From Terriglobia bacterium (GTDB taxonomy: Bacteria > Acidobacteriota > Terriglobia > 20CM-2-55-15), in assembly GCA_963664115.2 (NCBI GenBank), contig CAXWPJ010000006.1, forward strand, positions 128,001 to 192,000: DNA of 64,000 nucleotides, written 5' to 3'. The notes beneath the pieces were generated by a model. That model saw nothing but the letters and a program-made list of their open reading frames with translations. It searched no databases and was not told the origin of the DNA. Both the position numbers and the translations under genes were made by a program. Shown here piece by piece: positions 51,015 to 61,236 of this stretch; position 1 is the stretch's first letter, and each line of letters opens with the position of its first letter.

Positions 51015-52025
51015 TCAAGGGACTTGGGACGCTCTGAGGGATTTGAGGTGACGCCACCCGACCAACTCGCGTCGCTTCTCATCCCATAGGTGCAGGGAGA
51101 GCGCTCTCAAACTGGTCCATAGCGTAATCGGGGTGATGCTTCTAAATAGGGGGTTCTCGTCGTAGCACTTTTTCAGGAAATAGTTTGGAACCCGAGGCCC
51201 GAGGTGATGGATGTGGTGAAAACCGATGTTGCCAGTGAACCATCGGAGTACGCTCGGCAGTTTGTAGAACGAAGAGCCTTCCAGCGCTGCGGTCAGGTAA
51301 TCCCAGTTTCCATGCCGCTCCCAATAGACCCCTTCAAATTGATGTTGGATATAGAACATCCACACCCCGGCTGAAGAGCTGATCATGAGTATCGGCAACT
51401 GGATCAAGAGATATTCTTTAACGCCGATTACGGAGCTGATCAAAGCTGCAAGTCCGATTATTGCGACATTCGTTCGAATCACGCTTCGCCGTTGGCGCCT
51501 GACGGCGTTGCTGGGCGGAAGGCGGTATCCAATCAGGAAAAGAAGCACCGGTCCCACAGCGAAGAGGACTATGGGATTGCGATAGAAACGGTACCGCATC
51601 CGCTTCCAGATGGGCGCACGCAGATACTCATCCACCGTCCATGTCTTGATGTCCCCGACGCTGCGTCGGTCGAGATCACCGGATGTTGCGTGGTGGATTG
51701 AGTGTTCGTATGTCCAGGAGTGATATGGAGTGAACGTCAGCACACCAATGATGCTGCCCAGGAAATTGTTGGCCTTCTGAGATCTGAAAAACGAACCGTG
51801 CCCGCAATCGTGAAGAATTACAAAACTGCGAATTAGAAAGCCGGCGGTGAGGAAGGCCAGTCCCAGTGTGAGCAGGTAGGACACTTCCAGGCTCAGATAC
51901 ATCAGGTACCAAAGTGCGGCGAATGGAACGAGCGTGTTGGCCGTTTGCCACGCGCTTCTCCATAAAACTGGAGTCTCATAGGGATCCATGGCCTTCCGCC
52001 AGGTCAGTTTCTCGGCATCTCTCAT
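51015..52025 (-). CDS. Fatty acid desaturase (Des/DesA type)
   Basis: HDCGH, HSIHH, YIQHQFE, GFHHIHH. Confidence 0.92.
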   Translation of the reverse strand: MRDAEKLTWRKAMDPYETPVLWRSAWQTANTLVPFAALWYLMYLSLEVSYLLTLGLAFLTAGFLIRSFVILHDCGHGSFFRSQKANNFLGSIIGVLTFTPYHSWTYEHSIHHATSGDLDRRSVGDIKTWTVDEYLRAPIWKRMRYRFYRNPIVLFAVGPVLLFLIGYRLPPSNAVRRQRRSVIRTNVAIIGLAALISSVIGVKEYLLIQLPILMISSSAGVWMFYIQHQFEGVYWERHGNWDYLTAALEGSSFYKLPSVLRWFTGNIGFHHIHHLGPRVPNYFLKKCYDENPLFRSITPITLWTSLRALSLHLWDEKRRELVGWRHLKSLRASQVP

Positions 52026-52463
52026 AGTTTAAATGCTCAACACGCTCGGATCAGTCATATGTCTTGGGCGTCATGGCTTACCTATGGACCCCGATGGCTT
52101 CGGGTCGTTTGACATCGACACCGACGATCCCGACCGAGCGCTCCACAGATCCCGGTAGCTGGCACGTCGCTGCGCCAGAATTCTAACAGACAGTCTCATG
52201 GCGCCGGATTTCATCGGTTCCGGGTTGGGATTGATACGGTTGATTTGGGATGTCCCGCAGTCAAGGCAGTCGCTTTCTTTTCCTTACGCTTTCCTATTCC
52301 TTGTCTCTTGTTTCCACCTACTTGGTGGATCGAGCGCTCCCTATGCTACACCATCAACATTCATAGATTCTAGGATTTAGATGTTGTTTGAAACTCTGGT
52401 CCCGTTCTTGCAGTGCCTTAGGCATTGGCAGGCGAACAGCTTCGATATTGCCAGGAGGTGACC

Positions 52464-53102
52464 ATGCCGTCTTCTGAGGATGAAGGGAATTTGGGGGCGT
52501 TATTTTCAGGCGGCACGGGAAAAGACCTGAATCAGGTGACAAACGAGTTCAGGGCAAAGCTGGACCGGGCAGAGAGCGAGCAGAGGCGAGCCGAGGGAAA
52601 ACTCACAGCCGCAACTGTTTCCTGGGAACGGGAACGGCGGCAACTGCGTGATCAAATTGATAGGTTTCGTCAGGCCTTGGCCCGCTCATCGGCCGATGTC
52701 AAAGAGACGGATGGGCTCGGGCGGCGTCTTGAAGAAACCATTCGTTACAGTCAGCAGCTTGAACTCAAATGTCAGGAGCAAGCAGTGGCAAAGGAGTCCG
52801 AGCAAAAAGACTTCCAATCCCGCATCGAAGATTTGGAGAACCAGATCGTAGAGTGGATAGCCCGCTCCCACAACACACACCGGAGGGTGCAGTCCGGGGA
52901 GTGAAGAATGGAAACCGAACTTGCATCCCGCAAGAGGGTTGTCGAGATCGAGTTCGAGAGAAAGCTGCTCTCCGAACAGGTCCGGTGGCAGAAGACCCAG
53001 CGTGTTCTGGAGGGCGAGATTGCAAGCCTCAGGAAAGAGTTGGCCGCCGCCTCCGTCGATAAGCCATCGGTGATCCGACGTTTTTTCAGTGCCCGCCGTT
53101 AG
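52464..53102 (+). pseudogene. Coiled-coil protein interrupted by in-frame TGA (52902-52904), or two adjacent small genes
   Basis: SD AGGAGGTG; ORFs 52464-52904 and 52908-53102 are in the same frame, both Glu/Arg-rich coiled-coil. Confidence 0.55.
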
Positions 53103-53193
53103 ACAGAATCCCCGCGCTCCAAGCCAAAAGATCGCTATAATAGCAGCCCTGCTAAGGTCGCAGCAGACGGTGTAGGAGCACTTTCCCTAAACA

Positions 53194-54204
53194 GTGAGGA
53201 CGCGAGTGGAAGAATCTGTACTGGAAATCAAGGAAGAGCAAATAGCGGAGTTTCAGGCCGAATTTCAAAAGGTCAAGTCAGAGATCTCCAAAGTGATTGT
53301 CGGCTACGAGGAGATCATTGAGGGAGTGTTGATTACGATCCTCGCTCGCGGCCATGCCATATTGGAAGGTGTCCCCGGGGTCGGAAAGACGTGTCTGGTA
53401 CTGACTCTGTGTGATGTCCTTCACCTGTCGTCTTCACGAATCCAGTTCACTCCTGACCTCATGCCTGCCGACATCGTCGGTACAAATGTCGTTCAGGAGA
53501 GTGACAGTGGTGAGAAGTTCCTCAAATTTCAGGCGGGACCAGTATTCGCTAACGTAGTATTGGCCGACGAGATCAACCGCGCCACTCCCAAGACACAATC
53601 GGCTCTGTTGGAAGCCATGCAGGAGAAGACCGTGACGGTGGGCAATCAGACCTATTCCCTGGATCTGCCGTTCGTCGTACTCGCAACACTGAACCCCTTG
53701 GAGTTGGAGGCAACCTATCCTTTGCCTGAAGCCCAGGTAGACCGGTTCTTCATGAAGTTGAAAATGGGATTTCCGGACATGGATAGTATTCACGAAATTC
53801 TGGACCGTACGACGCAGGCGGAAGCTCCTGTAGTAGAACGGATCTGGGATGGACCGAAGATCATCGAGATGCGGGAAATTGCTCTTGAGGTGCCAATTCC
53901 CGATTCGGTGCAGGATTATGCGATACGGGTCGTCATGGCCACCCAACCCTCCACCGAATACGCTCACAAACTGACCAAGCAATACCTGCGTTATGGCGCG
54001 AGTCCCAGAGGTTCACAGGCTTTGGTGGTCGGGGGAAAGATACGCGCCTTGTTGGCCGGACGGAAAGAGGTGATGGTCGAGGACGTTCGCGCCGTCATAC
54101 TTCCTGCCCTGCGGCACCGGATTATCCTGAACTTTGAAGGCGAGGCCGAGAGGATCGATCCTGATACGGTGCTCCAGGCGATCATCGACAGCGTTCCTGT
54201 CTAG
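53194..54204 (+). CDS. MoxR family AAA+ ATPase
   Basis: EGVPGVGKT, RIQFTPDLMPAD, LADEINRATPKTQSALLEAMQE, GASPR, LRHRI. Confidence 0.93.
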   Translation: MRTRVEESVLEIKEEQIAEFQAEFQKVKSEISKVIVGYEEIIEGVLITILARGHAILEGVPGVGKTCLVLTLCDVLHLSSSRIQFTPDLMPADIVGTNVVQESDSGEKFLKFQAGPVFANVVLADEINRATPKTQSALLEAMQEKTVTVGNQTYSLDLPFVVLATLNPLELEATYPLPEAQVDRFFMKLKMGFPDMDSIHEILDRTTQAEAPVVERIWDGPKIIEMREIALEVPIPDSVQDYAIRVVMATQPSTEYAHKLTKQYLRYGASPRGSQALVVGGKIRALLAGRKEVMVEDVRAVILPALRHRIILNFEGEAERIDPDTVLQAIIDSVPV

Positions 54205-54238
54205 CTGTTTCCGGTCTCCCACACAATCTGTGACCTAG

Positions 54239-55706
54239 TACTACTGTGTTACAAACGAAGCGGCCCACAGAGCGGACAGCACGGGAGTTGCTGGATGAGG
54301 AATCGTGCGATGCGAATGCGAAGTGAGGCGATCGAGCACGGATTATGTCGCTCGGGCCGGATCCGGGGCTCCGCGGGGTTTGAAGTGTCTGGGGAGTTGG
54401 GGGACGGATAGTCCAACATGCGTGACAAATGCAGAGGGGGAAAAACGGTTCCGCTCAGCGACCAGGAACCCATAAGCTGCGATGCATAAAGCGCCATGGT
54501 GGTGAAATCCACGCCAGCCGCGACCTTCGTAATGGCCCAGTCCGAGTTCCTGCTTGAGTTCCTGATAGTCGCGTTCGATGATCCAGCGATGCTTGGCCCG
54601 ATAGACCAGATTTGAAAGAGAGGTATTGGTCCCGAGACTGGAGAGCCAGTATTGAACCGGTTCGGATTCGGTCTTGGGCCATTCGATCAACAACCATTCT
54701 TCCGGATGGGGCTCGTGGCGCTCATGATCGCGATGAGCCGTGCGAATCCGGATTGCGGCGAAGCGGGAGCGCAACGTGTCGGCCGTGCCTTCGCGCCAGG
54801 ACACGTTCTTCCATTTTTGTCGAGGCAAGGAGAGAGCCAGTTGTTTGACCGAAACAGGACGATGCTTCTTGTGACGCCTCAACAGCGTCGGCGGGCGCCC
54901 CTGGCCGGTCCACGACTTCTTGGGCAGGGGTTGCCGACCGGGCTCCCAGACCGAGGTCGAGGATTGGATGCCAACCACATAAGGCAGCCCCAGTGCGGTA
55001 ATCGTCGCGCGAAACTTACTGTCGTTGCCGTAGGCGGCATCGGCCAACACGGGAGCCGTCCCCACACCGTCCGCAATCGCCTGTCGGATTTGGTCCAGAG
55101 CAATCGCGATTTTGGTCTGGAATCCAACCGCGTCGGGGACACCGGTCTTCTTGCGGCGTTCGGCATCGTTCGCCCAAAGCTTCGGCAGGTACAGCCGCCA
55201 TGCCACGGGCAGACTCGATTTCGCCGTCGCTACCGACAGACTGACCGCCACCCGGCAGTTCTCCTGCTTGCCGACCTGTCCACAGTATTGCCGGGCCACA
55301 CCTACCGAGTGGGTCCCCTTCTTCACGAATCCGGTGTCGTCGACAATCCACGATTCAATCGGACCGTGCGCTTCCATCCCCGGCAACGTCGACTCCCGGA
55401 CTTGTCGCAATATGGCCGCATCCTCCCAGGGGGCATCCGCCACCAGGTGATGCAACGACTGATGCATTCGGCGCACATTATCCGGAGCCAATCGCGCCGC
55501 CATCGGCTCCACGCTCTTGCGCTTGATTGGCAGCAGCAATCCCTTGCAGTACCACTTCAGCGGTTCATGACGGTCGGCGTGTCCGGCGGCCGACGCCAGG
55601 CGTTCCATATAGGCCGCAAAACGTTCTTCCTGAGTGCCTGGCGCCTTCGTTTTGGCGCTCATGTGCCAATGCTAACACAAGCTCGTCATTTTGTAACACA
55701 GTAGTA
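54239..55706 (-). mobile_element. IS701 family insertion sequence, copy 2
   Basis: Same TIRs and CTAG flanks; about 6 substitutions versus copy 1. Confidence 0.95.
54343..55662 (-). CDS. IS701 family transposase
   Basis: Same as copy 1 except Q>R in NVRQM. Confidence 0.95.
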   Translation of the reverse strand: MSAKTKAPGTQEERFAAYMERLASAAGHADRHEPLKWYCKGLLLPIKRKSVEPMAARLAPDNVRRMHQSLHHLVADAPWEDAAILRQVRESTLPGMEAHGPIESWIVDDTGFVKKGTHSVGVARQYCGQVGKQENCRVAVSLSVATAKSSLPVAWRLYLPKLWANDAERRKKTGVPDAVGFQTKIAIALDQIRQAIADGVGTAPVLADAAYGNDSKFRATITALGLPYVVGIQSSTSVWEPGRQPLPKKSWTGQGRPPTLLRRHKKHRPVSVKQLALSLPRQKWKNVSWREGTADTLRSRFAAIRIRTAHRDHERHEPHPEEWLLIEWPKTESEPVQYWLSSLGTNTSLSNLVYRAKHRWIIERDYQELKQELGLGHYEGRGWRGFHHHGALCIAAYGFLVAERNRFSPSAFVTHVGLSVPQLPRHFKPRGAPDPARAT

Positions 55707-55764
55707 CTAGCAGCCCGTGGCTAAAGTCGGCCGAGCGATCATCGTGCTCGGTTAGATAATTTTC

Positions 55765-55953
55765 TTACACTGACGCCTCGGCTCCGCCTCTTTACTATGA
55801 AAGCTGTCCACCCGCACCGGGGGGCCGGTGCGGGTCCTCCAGTGCCTGCTTCAAAATGTCGTTCAGCCCTTTAGGCCTCGCAGTCAGGACGATTGCGAGG
55901 GTCGGCGGTCGTTCAGACAGGATGTCTGAATGAACGATCGAGCGAAATCTTCT
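55765..55953 (+). repeat. Structured dispersed element, copy C (candidate ncRNA)
   Basis: TTACACTGACGCCTCGGCT...TGTCCACCCGCA...TGCGGGT...CCTCGCAG...GCGAGGGTCG...TGAACGATCGAGCGAAATCTTCT is the diverged reverse complement of the + strand at 63730-63930. Confidence 0.75.
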
Positions 55954-56013
55954 CCCAGCAGCGAACCGTTCGCATCACCTAGCACAGCCGGATTCGACTT
56001 TGACCTCCGACTC

Positions 56014-56457
56014 CTAGGACCGCAGATCTTCAGTTCGCTTCAGGGTTTCTTTGAGATCACCGGCTGAGCGGCAGAGGACGAAGATGGTGTCGTCCCCCGC
56101 AATCGTGCCGACGATTTCCCTCCAGCCTGCGTTGTCCACAGCGTCGGCAACGGTGGAGGCGCTGCCGGTCGTGGTCCTGATCACGAGCAGCGGCGCTACG
56201 CTGTCGATTGCGACCACATAATCTCTTAAGACGCGACGCAGGGTTTGCTTTGAAGTGCGGCGGGCCTCGGGCCGCCCCACGACATAAGCGCTGCCCGCCT
56301 TGACCAGCCCGAGTTCCTTAATATCCCGTGACAAAGTGGCCTGGGAGACCTCGATGCCGTTTCGGTGCAGCGCGTTGGCCAGAACGTGTTGGCTTCCGAT
56401 GCGATTTTCCCGAACCAGTTCTAAAATAGAGTTTTGGCGGTCTCGTTTGCTCCTCAT
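56014..56457 (-). CDS. argR: Arginine repressor
   Basis: VSQATLSRDIKELGLVK, VGTIAGDDTIFV. Confidence 0.96.
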   Translation of the reverse strand: MRSKRDRQNSILELVRENRIGSQHVLANALHRNGIEVSQATLSRDIKELGLVKAGSAYVVGRPEARRTSKQTLRRVLRDYVVAIDSVAPLLVIRTTTGSASTVADAVDNAGWREIVGTIAGDDTIFVLCRSAGDLKETLKRTEDLRS

Positions 56458-56485
56458 CGTTGCGACAAATTATATAGCAAAAGGC

Positions 56486-56545
56486 TTGACTTCATAGAAG
56501 TCCAAAGTGCATAATTATTCATTCGTATAGGATGAATATTCATTT
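56486..56545 (+). promoter_or_regulatory. arg operon promoter with ARG box
   Basis: TTGACT-18-CATAAT; AGTGCATAATTATTCATT (56506-56523) matches the ARG-box palindrome; second palindrome ATGAATATTCAT follows. Confidence 0.75.
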
Positions 56546-56564
56546 TGGTGTGTGAAGCAGGACT

Positions 56565-57485
56565 ATGAAGAGATCTCCGACAACTGCAGCGTGGCCCGTT
56601 CTGGATAAATATCGCGATACGTGTTTCGTAGTGAAGCTCGGCGGCCAGCCGCTGACCGACCCGGAGGCACTCAACAGTCTCGCCTTCGATCTATCCATTC
56701 TCCGTCAGGCTGGGGTCCGTGTCGTCGTCGTTCATGGCGGCGGTCCGCAGTTGTCGGAGATGTCTGAGCGGCTTGGCCTGGAAACTAAGAAAATCGACGG
56801 TCGCCGGATTACGGATAACAACACCCTGAAGCTGGCGAAAATGGTTTTTGCCGGCGAGATCTCGACGGATATCGTAGCCGCTCTCCGCCGCCACGGAGTG
56901 TCCGGTATCGGGTTGAGTGGTGTTGATGGTGAGTTGGTCGACGCCGAGCGTCGGGCTCCGGTTTGGCGGACTAATCCGGAAACAGGCGAGGAAGAATTGA
57001 TCGACTTCGATCATGTGGGTGATATCCGTCAGGTGAACCCGTTCGTATTGAACGTATTGCTCGACCAGGGTTTTGTCCCTGTCGTTGCTTCTCTTGGATC
57101 GGATAAAGCCGGTTCCGTCCTCAACATCAATGCCGATACCGTTGCCGCTGAAATTGCGATAGCCATCGGGGCAGAGAAACTGGTTGTGATGTCTGATGTT
57201 CCCGGATTGTTACGCGACGTCGGCGATCGCAATAGCCGGATTCCAGATATTACAGTCGATGCTGTCCGAGAACTCAAACAGACCGGCAGCGTTTCGGGTG
57301 GGATGCTCCCGAAGCTTGAGAGCATCATCCGCACTATCGAATCCGGTACGGAGCAGATCCACATCCTGGATGGGCATACGCCGCACGCCCTTCTGGAGGA
57401 ACTCAGCGGACCCGGTACCCACGGTACTTTCATTTCCTCAGCCAGGCACGCCGGGGGTGTCTCGATCGGGCACGAGCCGGCCTGA
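56565..57485 (+). CDS. argB: Acetylglutamate kinase
   Basis: VVKLGG, VVHGGGPQ, GRRITD, NINADTVA, SGGMLPKL. Confidence 0.95.
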   Translation: MKRSPTTAAWPVLDKYRDTCFVVKLGGQPLTDPEALNSLAFDLSILRQAGVRVVVVHGGGPQLSEMSERLGLETKKIDGRRITDNNTLKLAKMVFAGEISTDIVAALRRHGVSGIGLSGVDGELVDAERRAPVWRTNPETGEEELIDFDHVGDIRQVNPFVLNVLLDQGFVPVVASLGSDKAGSVLNINADTVAAEIAIAIGAEKLVVMSDVPGLLRDVGDRNSRIPDITVDAVRELKQTGSVSGGMLPKLESIIRTIESGTEQIHILDGHTPHALLEELSGPGTHGTFISSARHAGGVSIGHEPA

Positions 57486-58912
57486 TGCGCGCCGCTCGGT
57501 TTGCGGCGCCTATGAATCCTCACTTTCGCGCCCTCAACGCCAGTATTGGTTTCGATAAACGTTTGCTCCACGAGGACATCGACGGGAGCCGTGCGTGGGT
57601 TCGTGCGCTCTCCGGTTCCGGGCTTCTCTCCGATGAGGAGGCACAAAAAATCGATGAAGGCCTGGAAGGAGTGCGGAAGGGGATTGAGTCAGGCGAACTT
57701 CCCTTGTCGGAAGAACTCGAAGACATTCACATGAATGTGGAGGCCTTGCTTGCCGATGCGGTGGGTCCTGTGGCTGGCAAACTTCACACGGGCCGCAGTC
57801 GCAACGAGCAGGTAGCGACGGATTTGAGGCTCTACCTGCGTGATCGCTCTCGGCGGATCGCAGCCGATCTGTTGTCCCTCGTTACCACGCTCGCTGAGAC
57901 GGCCGAGCGGAACTACGACGTAGTCATACCGGCCTATACACATTTGCAGCGGGCGCAGCCGGTCCTGTTCGCTCACCATTTCCTTGCGTACGCGGAAATG
58001 TTTCTCAGAGATCACGAGCGGCTGCTCTGGGCAGCGAATCAAGCCGATGCCTGTGTGCTTGGAGCGGGTGCCTGCGTCGGCAATCAGTTTGGCATCGACC
58101 GGGAATACTTACGTGAAAACCTCGGTTTTTCACGTCTCACGCATAACTCTCTCGACGCTGTAAGCGACCGGGATTTTGTATGTGACTTTCTGCACGCGGC
58201 GGTCATGTTTCTGGTCCATGTGTCCCGCTTGAGCGAGGACATCATCCTCTGGTCGTCCAGCGAATTCGGGTTCGTCGAACTGGATGAATCCGTGTCTTCG
58301 GGCAGTTCGATGCTTCCGCAAAAGAAGAATCCGGATGCGTGTGAGCTGGGGCGCGCGAAGTGCGGGCGTGTGCTTGGACATCTGGTGGCTTCGGTTTCGA
58401 TGTTGAAAGGTCTGCCGTTGTCCTACAACAAGGATCTCCAGGAGGACAAGGAAGGTACGTTCGACGCGGTGGATACCATAGCGGCGCTGATACCGGTCTT
58501 CGAGGTCGTCGTGGGCAAGTTAAGCGTCAATCGCGAACGGGCGGGGTCCGCCCTTCGAGGAGGATATCTGGAGGCCATTTCGGTTGCCGACTACTTCACA
58601 CGCAAGGGAATGCCTTTTCGTGAAGCGCACTCGGTTGCGGGCAAACTTGTCCGCCTGGCCGAAGAGCGTGTCGTGTCGTTATCGGAGCTGTCGATCGAGG
58701 ACTATCGGGAGCTTGCCGGTGACATGGCCGACAGCGTAGACGAAGACCTGTTCGAAGCCATCACGCTGGAGGCTGCTTTGGAGAGCAAGGACGTCGTCGG
58801 TGGTACCGCGCCCAGACGTGTGGCCGAGGAAATTGATCGCGTTAAGAAGCTTGTCGAACAGCTTCGGAAACATCAGATCCCGGGTAATCGCGAGGTGACT
58901 CTTGGCGGATAA
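57485..58912 (+). CDS. argH: Argininosuccinate lyase
   Basis: EDIHMNVE, LHTGRSRNEQVATD, SSGSSMLPQKKNPD. Confidence 0.96.
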   Translation: MRAARFAAPMNPHFRALNASIGFDKRLLHEDIDGSRAWVRALSGSGLLSDEEAQKIDEGLEGVRKGIESGELPLSEELEDIHMNVEALLADAVGPVAGKLHTGRSRNEQVATDLRLYLRDRSRRIAADLLSLVTTLAETAERNYDVVIPAYTHLQRAQPVLFAHHFLAYAEMFLRDHERLLWAANQADACVLGAGACVGNQFGIDREYLRENLGFSRLTHNSLDAVSDRDFVCDFLHAAVMFLVHVSRLSEDIILWSSSEFGFVELDESVSSGSSMLPQKKNPDACELGRAKCGRVLGHLVASVSMLKGLPLSYNKDLQEDKEGTFDAVDTIAALIPVFEVVVGKLSVNRERAGSALRGGYLEAISVADYFTRKGMPFREAHSVAGKLVRLAEERVVSLSELSIEDYRELAGDMADSVDEDLFEAITLEAALESKDVVGGTAPRRVAEEIDRVKKLVEQLRKHQIPGNREVTLGG

Positions 58913-60110
58913 GAAGAAAGTCGTCCTGGCGTATTCAGGAGGGTTGGATACTTCGTATTGTGTCCTGCATCTCCAGGAACAGGGATTCGAGGTGATTACG
59001 CTCACCGTCGATACCGGTGGTTTTTCCGCGTCCGAGCTCAGTGAAATGGAGGCGCGAGCCAAGCAGCTCGGGGCGGCGGAACATCACACTGTCGATGCGC
59101 GGGCACAGGTGTTCGACGAGTACGTCAGCTACCAGATCAAAGGAAATATTCTGCGGGGACAGGTATACCCCCTGGCGGTTGCGGCCGAGCGTGTCGTGCA
59201 GGCGTCGGTGGTAGCCGACTATGCCATCCGCGTGGGCGCCGCCGCCGTTGCCCACGGGTCCACAGGCGCTGGTAACGATCAGGTTCGTTTCGACGTCGTC
59301 TTCCAGGTGCTTTGTCCGGCACTGGAAATCATTTCGCCGGTCCGTGACGAAACGCTGACCCGGGAGGAAGAGTATTCGAAACTGGCCGAACGAGGAGTCA
59401 AGATTCCTGATTCGACACGGAAGTATTCGATCAACACAGGCCTTTGGGGTGGGACGATCGGGGGCGGGGAAACACACGACTCTTGGGCAGAGATTCCGGA
59501 CCATGTATACGATCTGGTTCTCGACAGTGAGCAGGAGATTGAATCCGAGCACCTTACGATTGAATTTGAAAAAGGTATTCCAACAAAAATCGACGACACC
59601 GCATATGCCGGTCCGGAACTGATTTCTGTGCTTGGGAACAAGTGCCGCGGCCATCGTGTGGGTCTGGATGTTCATATCGGTGACACGGTCCTGGGGATCA
59701 AGGGACGTATCGCATTTGAGGCCGGCGCCGCTATCGTGCTGATTAAAGCGCACAGGGAACTGGAGAAGATCACAACCACGTCGTGGCAGCGTTTCTGGAA
59801 AGACCAGATGGCAGAGTTCTACGGAAAGCTGTTGCACGAGGGCCTGGCCTTTGAGCCGGCCCTGCGGGATATCGAAGCGCTGATCGACAGCTCCCAGGAG
59901 CGTGTGTCCGGTGAGGCGCGCGTCCGGCTGGACCGCGGCCATTTCACTGTAACCGGTGTCCGCAGCCCGCACAGCATGATGGACTCCGGCAGCGGGGTGT
60001 ACGGTGAAATGCCGAAGCTCTGGGACGGTTCCGACACGCGTGGGTACGGCAAAATTGTTGCGGTGCCGGCTCGACTTCATCGAAGCGCCGCCGGTAAAGG
60101 ATCCGAGTAG
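58902..60110 (+). CDS. argG: Argininosuccinate synthase
   Basis: VVLAYSGGLDTS, AHGSTGAGNDQVRF, GIKGRIAFEA. Confidence 0.96.
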   Translation: MADKKKVVLAYSGGLDTSYCVLHLQEQGFEVITLTVDTGGFSASELSEMEARAKQLGAAEHHTVDARAQVFDEYVSYQIKGNILRGQVYPLAVAAERVVQASVVADYAIRVGAAAVAHGSTGAGNDQVRFDVVFQVLCPALEIISPVRDETLTREEEYSKLAERGVKIPDSTRKYSINTGLWGGTIGGGETHDSWAEIPDHVYDLVLDSEQEIESEHLTIEFEKGIPTKIDDTAYAGPELISVLGNKCRGHRVGLDVHIGDTVLGIKGRIAFEAGAAIVLIKAHRELEKITTTSWQRFWKDQMAEFYGKLLHEGLAFEPALRDIEALIDSSQERVSGEARVRLDRGHFTVTGVRSPHSMMDSGSGVYGEMPKLWDGSDTRGYGKIVAVPARLHRSAAGKGSE

Positions 60111-60139
60111 TTTTTTGTAATTCGATACAGTAGAGAAAG

Positions 60140-61195
60140 ATGGCCGAGACTATTCAGTTAGATAAAATCGCATCAGTGGTGAGTCGCGTCGGCTTGCCCC
60201 GAACTGTATCGATTACTTCCAAGCTCGAGTCGACTTCCGGAAACGCGATCGTAGTTCGCGTTTTGCCCGACGGTAGGGCCAGACAAGAACTCGAACTGTC
60301 GGACGGCCGAATGATCCGAATGTTCGGCGATGATGTTATCGTCGGCGCCCTTGGACGCCGCCGGGCGCTGAGGGGACACGTGGGCGACGTCCCGTCGAGC
60401 GTGAGAGTTGGAGACCGGTTGGCCATATTGAACCGCGGGGGCGTGGTGGGTACTTCGGCCTCCTCCGATCCGGAGCCGGAAGGCCCGCTGGCATGCGAAG
60501 TTCTGGGAATGCCCATCATCGACGGACGGATTCCCAACATTCGCGACAATGCCATCAAGAACGTATCAAGTCTTGTCGGGATGGCTATCCCTCCGATCGT
60601 GATCGTATCCGGCACCTCGATGGCGAGCGGGAAAACGAGTTTGCTGACGGAACTGGTTCAGGTTTTGTCTAAAAAAGGCATTCGTGTGGCCGCGGGCAAG
60701 CTGACCGGAGTTGCATGTTTGAGAGATCTGCTGTCAATGGAAGATAACGGCGCTGTCGAGACCGCTTCGTTCCTGGATGCGGGTTACCCATCGACGGCGG
60801 GTCTGGAAGCGGCGGTCCTGATCGATACCGCGAAGGCCGTGATCGCCGAGCTGGCGGCGGGCAACCCCGAGGTCATGCTTCTGGAATTGGGCGATGGTAT
60901 CGTGGGCGATTACGGTGTGATCGATGTCCTGGTTGATCCTGAGATTCGTGATGTCGTTCATGTGCACGCATTTTGTGCGAATGACCTGGCCGGTGCGTGG
61001 GGAGGTCTTCGATTTGCCCAGGAGCATGGACTCGATATCGATCTGTTTGCGGGGCCTGCGACAGACAACCTTGTGGGTGTCGAATACCTGGAGTCGGAGT
61101 TCAACCGTCCCGCGATCAACGCTTGTAAACATCCCGCCCGAATGGCGGAAGTCGTTTTGACTCTCCTGAAGCTGAAGAAGCGCAAGGTTTCCTGA
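60140..61195 (+). CDS. DUF1611-like P-loop NTPase of unknown function
   Basis: GTSMASGKTS Walker A; KLTGVACLRD, FLDAGYPST, LELGDG. Confidence 0.75.
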   Translation: MAETIQLDKIASVVSRVGLPRTVSITSKLESTSGNAIVVRVLPDGRARQELELSDGRMIRMFGDDVIVGALGRRRALRGHVGDVPSSVRVGDRLAILNRGGVVGTSASSDPEPEGPLACEVLGMPIIDGRIPNIRDNAIKNVSSLVGMAIPPIVIVSGTSMASGKTSLLTELVQVLSKKGIRVAAGKLTGVACLRDLLSMEDNGAVETASFLDAGYPSTAGLEAAVLIDTAKAVIAELAAGNPEVMLLELGDGIVGDYGVIDVLVDPEIRDVVHVHAFCANDLAGAWGGLRFAQEHGLDIDLFAGPATDNLVGVEYLESEFNRPAINACKHPARMAEVVLTLLKLKKRKVS

Positions 61196-61236
61196 TTTGT
61201 CGGTTCTGGTGTCTTCGGTCTAACGTCCACGAGCTG

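Noticed and set aside
55765-55953. Canonical hammerhead ribozyme (CTGAC...CGAAA)
   Set aside because: The core reads CUGACGC rather than CUGANGA, and stems I/III with a UH cleavage site could not be built by eye; kept only as a hypothesis
58935-60080. 381-aa minus-strand ORF and similar long antisense ORFs (33382-34431, 41041-42111, 16700-17578)
   Set aside because: Shadows of well-supported genes in GC-rich DNA, with no recognisable motifs
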